DNA from: Thecamonas trahens ATCC 50062
Lineage: Eukaryota; Protista; Apusomonadida
Length of the DNA: 64,000 bases
Assembly: GCF_000142905.1 (NCBI RefSeq)
Contig: NW_013657659.1
Coordinates: forward strand, 20,233 to 84,232
Direction of reading: 5' to 3'
In this document: positions 58,350 to 64,000 of the stretch, piece after piece
How positions within the stretch are numbered: the first letter of the stretch is position 1
How the letters are laid out: each line of letters opens with the position of its first letter
The notes under the pieces: model-generated
What the model saw: only the letters and a program-made list of their open reading frames with translations
Database searches by the model: none
What the model was told of the DNA's origin: nothing
Made by a program: the position numbers and the translations under genes

Positions 58350-60471
58350 TCATTGGTACTCCTGCCAAGCCCGAGCCAGGTTGCCGAGGTATGTGGCAAG
58401 GACCTTACGGTAGTTCTTAAGATGAGTGACGTTCATCTCCTCGATGGGCTGCTCGATGAGCTCGGAGAGGTGCTCGGTCTTCGTCTCGAGGCTTTCTTGC
58501 TGGTCCTCGAACATGGTGCGGAGCTGCGAGTCCTCAGGCATGTAGTAGGCATGGGCGTAGGACCACTTGAGAACTTGGCGGGCCTGGATGACGAGCTCGG
58601 CGGCTTCGACGAGGAAGCGGCCATTCCAGCCGGTAGCCTCGGCGTACTCGTCGGCGGCAGCGGTGGCGGCAGCAGAGATCTTGCGGGCAAAGCCACGGGA
58701 GACGTCGTGGTTGTGGTACCGCTCAAAGTAGTGAACATAGCGGTCGTGTGACTCCTTGACCTTGGACGCCTTGGCATCCTCCTTGGCGGCCTTGGACGAC
58801 TCGTAACGATTGCACTTGTAGAAGCCGCCGGTCGACGTCCCGTGGTCCTTCCACGGCCCGCGGCAGAGCCAGCACCACTCAAAGTTGCAACCGGGTGCAC
58901 GACAGGTCATGTGCATGCAGCCCTGGTTCTTCTGGATGTGGACATTACACTTGGGACAGGGCTTGGTGTTGGCCAGGATCCATTCGGTCGACTCGGCCGA
59001 GTCTGAGTTCTTCTTGATCCAGTTCTCGACAACCTCGCACGACGCCGGGAGATGCAGCTCCTCCGAGCAGAAGAAGCACCACGCAAAGCCGCAATCGCAC
59101 TCGACAGTTGCGGTGTCAAAGCCGAGGTAGCTCGCCGCGCGATCACAGCCGCCGCGCGGGTTAGGGCACCACTTGACGCCGGCCTTGGCCGCCACGTACG
59201 AGCCGGCGAGGAACGTATCGTACCGGTCGAGCGCGGAAGCGTCGACAAGCGAGGCCACAAAACTCCGCGGCACCACCATCTTGCACTTGTCCGCCATGCA
59301 TCGCGCCATCACGCACGCGTTTCCGTTCTGAATCTCGCACTCGACAAAGCCGCGCCAACAGTGAACGCAAAACCCGTGCCCGCACTCGAGCCCGATGAGC
59401 TCGTCCTCGGCCTCCATGAAGCAGACCCCGCAGAGCTGCGGGGAGCCGGCACCCAGGACCGAGGTCGCCGGGATCTCGCCGGCGCTACTTCCGCCCACCG
59501 ATGCCCGGCACCCGTCGGGATCATCGAACCAGGCCTGCAAGGCGCGCTCGTTGTTCCACCCATGCGCCATGAGGACCGACATGGCCAGGCCATTGCTCAC
59601 CGCCAGGGTCGAACTCACCACGGCCATCTCTCTCAGCGCCTTTTCCACGATCTTGTTTGTATCCATGACCTTGACCTGCCCCGACTGCGGAGTCCGAGGC
59701 AGTGGCGAGATCAGGTAGTCGGAGCACTCGGACTCTTCCAAGAAAATGACGTCCGTGTCATCATCTGTGTCGGCCTCGAGCATCACTGACGACTCATCGC
59801 CTGACTCGGCACCAAGCTCCGAATCTGAATCAGACACCTCCTCCTTGCCCTTGTCCGGTGCGGTTAGGGCTACCATCCTCTCGTAAGGATAATACCACGC
59901 CGCAAGTGAGTCTCCCACGGCAATCTCCTCCCTTCCTCACCCCCCCCCCCCCCCCCCCCTTGCCGCACGTACGATGGACAGCGATGTTTGCCGGCGCGGC
60001 GCAAGATGACTCGCCGGATGATGAGGTCTCCTCAGACGAGAGCGAGTCCGACGATGAGCTTGATGAGCCCAAGTCTGAGCCCGAGTCTGAGGAGGATGAG
60101 CTCGAAGTAGACGACGTCGACGATCCTGATCGCGAACCTGATCCCGACGACGAGCTCGATCTCTTGCTCAGCTTGCCCACGCCCTTGCCCGCGACCTTGG
60201 CCTTGCCCGCGACCTTGGCCTTGCCTGCGACGTTGACCTTGCTTGCGACCTCGACCTTTCCATCCGATGGCTTGTCAGTCATGGCTCCAGCGACTGCTGT
60301 GATTGCTGGCTGAGTTGCTCCTGTGCAGCCCGTTGTTCCCTCGCTTCCACCGTCCTGTGCTCTCTTCCTGCGCGCCAACCCGGCCTCCACACAACCTTGC
60401 TGGGTATGTCTTCCAGCGTGAGGTGGCCCGTCAACCGGTAGGCCTACCGCTACCGCTCCCCTGCTCTCCAT
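58350..60471 (-). CDS. Ariadne-family RBR E3 ubiquitin ligase
   Basis: RING1 (CGVCF...CGHGFCVHCW), IBR (KWCP..C), RING2 (NTKPCPKC...IQKNQGCMHMTC...WCWLC) and Ariadne domain (RYVHYFERY, RQVLKWSY). Probable intron 59972-59870 (GTACGT...TAG). The start is at 60471 or 60282. Confidence 0.92.
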
Positions 60472-61248
60472 TTCCGTCACCCTCACCTCGCTTTCCTGCC
60501 GCCGTCGAACGCACCGTCTCTCGCTCATTCACCTGGCATTTCTTGTACCTCCGCCGTTCCCCCCAATTGGGGGCTGGTCCACATGGCCACATGGCCTGCT
60601 CCGGAAGCCGACGGTGACAGAGCAAGCACGTCATCGGCTTGATATCTGAGCTGGTTAGAGGGATGTCGAGCCGGTTAGGTGCTCTGATGGGGATATTGGA
60701 AGCCCCCCCCCCGTCCCCCGTGTCGAGGTGTTGAAGGTGATGGGTGGAGTTGGGATGGCTGTGGTCGGGGGGGAAGGGGGGGGGGGGGGAGGGAGTGGGG
60801 GCCGTGCACTCGGCCTGGCTGGCTGTGCACACACCCGCGCCTTCGATCTCGCCCGCAACTATACAACTTGTAGTGGCTCATACGCCATCATCCCCTTATC
60901 AATCCGACCATAAAGCCACGTCATTAGGCTATCGATATCGAGCTGCTGGATCGGATGCCAGCCGGTTGTCCCATGGCGTCGCCCCGACTGTGACCTCGCA
61001 TCACCCATGCCTTCCATCCGTCGCCCTAACACCCCTGAGCGTCACACTTTGCATCACACTCCCCCACTTTGACATCATCCATCAATCTGATCGAGTAACC
61101 ATCATATCAGCCCATCAGTCCAATCGTTCGGATGCCATCCAGCTTCCTCCCACCCGTCCGTCCGTCACCTCGCCGTGCCACGCTGTTTCCTTTGCGCTGC
61201 CGGCACTTCTCCTCCTCCCGCCACCCCACCCCATTCTCAATCACTACC

Positions 61249-64000
61249 ATGGACGCCCTCCGCCATTTCTCCGTCGCAGCACGGACGATGGCGGCCAAGC
61301 CGACAAGCTCGACCTCGACCGCTACCGCCACCGTGGCTGGTACCAGCGCTGCTGCCCCATGCCGTCCATCATCATCGATGTCATCTGCGAAAGGTGTGAC
61401 TTCTGCTCGATCTGGGGAACAAGTCGCCCAAGCTGTGGCCGATCGCTCGCGGGCTTCTTGGCCTGATCCTGTCCTGCCCAATGCTGTGCTGGTGGATGAT
61501 GTTTCTCGTTTGAATGCCACTGCTGTCGAGAGAGTCGTCCAGCCCAGATCGGCTGAGGATGTTCAGATGGCTGTGGCTGCTGCTGCGGCAGATGGTCTTC
61601 CGGTCTCGGTCCGTGGAACGAGACACTCGATGGGTGGCCACACTATGGCAGCAGGTGGTGTTGTCATTGACACCACATACCTCGATGCTATCACCTGGGA
61701 CGCTTCTCGTGAGCTGATGACCATCGGGGCCGGTGCGACTTGGGCTGATGCCATCCGCTTCCTCAACCCACTCGGCAAGTCGCCGAGGACCATGCAGTCA
61801 TACTGCTCGTTCTCGGTCGGTGGCACATTGGCCGTCAACGCACATGGCATCACCACAGACTATGCTCTTGTCGAGGCCGTAACTGCCATCTCGGTAGTCA
61901 CTGCGGACGGCTTGCTTGTCTCGGCCTCCCCGACGCCGCCGATCCTGCTGCCCGCGACCTCTTTGCCGCGGCCATTGGCGGCTACGGCATGTTCGGCATC
62001 ATCGTCGACGCCACTATGCGGGTCAACGACAATGTGCCGTTGGTAATGGACGCCATGACACTCTCCATTGACGACTTTCCTCACGTCTTTGAGCCGCTCG
62101 TCGACGCCCCAGACGCCGGCGGCTTGCCGGTCGAAGCCAAGCTCGCTCGCCTCGACTTTACTACCCTTGACACTGTGGACCTTTTTGTCTTTCGTCGTGC
62201 CTCGAACCTACCCATGGCTGCCTCGCTCGATCGCAAGCCGCGCGAGATGTCGCCGCTCATGGCGATCATGTACAAGTGGGCCGCTGCCCCGCTCGCAGAG
62301 CTCCGCTTCGCCGTCGAGCGCGCCTCTGGCGCCGCCCTCGATTGGTCCGCCGAGCACACCACCGACCGCAACACCGTCATGTACGAGTCGGCCACTCCGC
62401 TCGCCCGCTTCACGGACCTCATCCTCTCTGTCAACGACACCTTTATCCTGCAAGAGTACTTTGTCCCCCGCTCGGCCTTTGCCGCCTGGATCGCCGGCGC
62501 GCGCCCCATCTACGCCGCCATGCAGGGCCATCCGCTCCTTGCCATTCTCAACACCACCATCCGCTTTGTGCACTGCGACACAACCACTCTTTTGCCGTAT
62601 GCCACTGCCCCGAACGGCTCCTACGCCTTTGTCCTCTACTATCGCCTGCGTGCCACGCCCGCCGCCGATCGCGCCCTCGCAGACATCCATGCCGCCCTCA
62701 CAGCCCTTACGCTCGATCTCGGCGGCGTCTTCTACCTCCCTTACCGCCATCACTATTCGGTGGACGACATGACCGCTGCCTATCCAAGCATTGACGCCTT
62801 TCGCGCTGCTAAGCTCCGCTTTGATCCGCAGCTGCGCTTCACGTCGGCGTGGTGGGATGCGTACCACGGCCACACCGTTGTCACATCCGCTGCTTCAGAG
62901 CCGGCCGCCTTTGCTGCTCCTGCCCCGCTGCTGGCACCATCTAGCGCACCATTCCAGCTCCCGCAGGCCAGCATCCGCCGCAACAACTCGTTTGCGAAGC
63001 TGCTCTCGACTGCTGCCGGCCGCAGCGAACTCGAATCGGGGTTTCTCGGCGAGATCTTCAACGTCGCGCCGCCGCACGATGTCATGCGTGCGGTGGTCAC
63101 TGCAGTCTGCGACAGCCGCAACTCCTGCGATGCTGATGTCTACAAAGCCCTGGTTGCCTCGGCTGCAAGCTTCAACTCGGGCCCAACTGGTGGCGCCCTC
63201 AACATGCTGCGACAGCTCCGCCAGATCCACGACCAGAAAGCTGAGCTGACACGTGAGGTTACCTCCATCATCGCTCACCTCGGCCGTGTTGGCGCCATCA
63301 ACGGCTATGTCTCCATTGGTGACTCGGGCAAGCTTGTCCTCCCGCTCATCAAGGCACTCGGCATTACCGGCGAGATCACGGTTGTTGCAGACTCGGAGCT
63401 CGCACCCACCGACGTGACAGCTGTTGTTGAGCGCGGTGCTGCAGCACCGGTTGGCACTCACGCTCTCATCTTTGACTATCCCTCGATCGCCGACGATCTC
63501 GCAGGCATCCCGTCGAACTCGGCCGACCTGGTCTCGCTCATGCAAGGTCTGCACCACTTTCCGCCAATGGTTGTTTTTGCGCTTGTTCAGCAAGTAGCCC
63601 GTATTCTGCGGCCAGGCGGTGTCTTCCTCGTCCGCGAGCACGATGCGGCACCCAAGCTGGTTCCGATGTGCGATGTCGCCCACATGGTGTTCAACGCTCT
63701 CACCAATTTATCGCCCGAAGCTGAGGCTGCCGAGATCCGCGCCTTCCGCCCACTCGACGAGTGGATCGCGCTATGCGAGGCCGCTGGCCTGAGCAACACC
63801 CAGCTCTACGAGGTCCAGGAGCGCGACCCAACCGTCGACATCATGATGGCCTTTATTGCGCCGCCGTCCGAGCAATTGCCGCACATTCCCGGCGGCGAGA
63901 TCGATGCCCGCCAGCAGCTTCCTGCCCGGCGGCAGTCGGCCGATACGGCCGCCAGTCGCTCTGCGCTGCTAGCCAAGCGCGCTGCCGCTGCTCTGATCAG
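61249..64000 (+). CDS. FAD-linked oxidase (FAD_binding_4) fused to a class I SAM methyltransferase-like domain; frameshift near 61930; 3'-truncated
   Basis: DDVSRLN, VRGTRHSMGGH, FSVGGTLAVNAHG. After adding one C: IGGYGMFGII, ILQEYFVP, GGVFYLPY, KLRFDP, then YVSIGDSG...ADLVSLMQGLHHF...ILRPGGVFLVREHD. No stop was seen before the window end. Confidence 0.85.

Overview
GC-rich, gene-dense eukaryotic nuclear DNA with about 22 protein-coding genes. Genes mostly have 0-1 spliceosomal introns near the 5' end, usually with a GTACGT-type donor. The style resembles an apusomonad such as Thecamonas, but this is inference only. Recognisable genes are EHD, RPL4 and RPL8 (head-to-head), YIPF6, an ependymin-related protein, HPS3, TMEM19, SAC3/GANP, RFC4, CABLES, VPS13, an Ariadne RBR ligase and an LRR-CH protein. 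Accessory-looking genes are a triple-RING protein, a rifampicin-phosphotransferase/PigC-architecture PEP-utilising enzyme, a GPI-type surface protein, a coiled-coil + restriction-endonuclease-like + kinase (Crinkler-type) protein, an atypical flavin monooxygenase and an FAD-oxidase-methyltransferase fusion. About 14 frameshifts interrupt otherwise intact genes. All are repaired by adding one base, nearly always in a short homopolymer run, so they are most likely assembly errors. No rRNA, tRNA, CRISPR array or transposase was seen. The best candidates for new biology are the accessory island at about 33.6-38.1 kb, the RPH-like enzyme, and a 39-bp repeat array of splice signals at the start of TMEM19.
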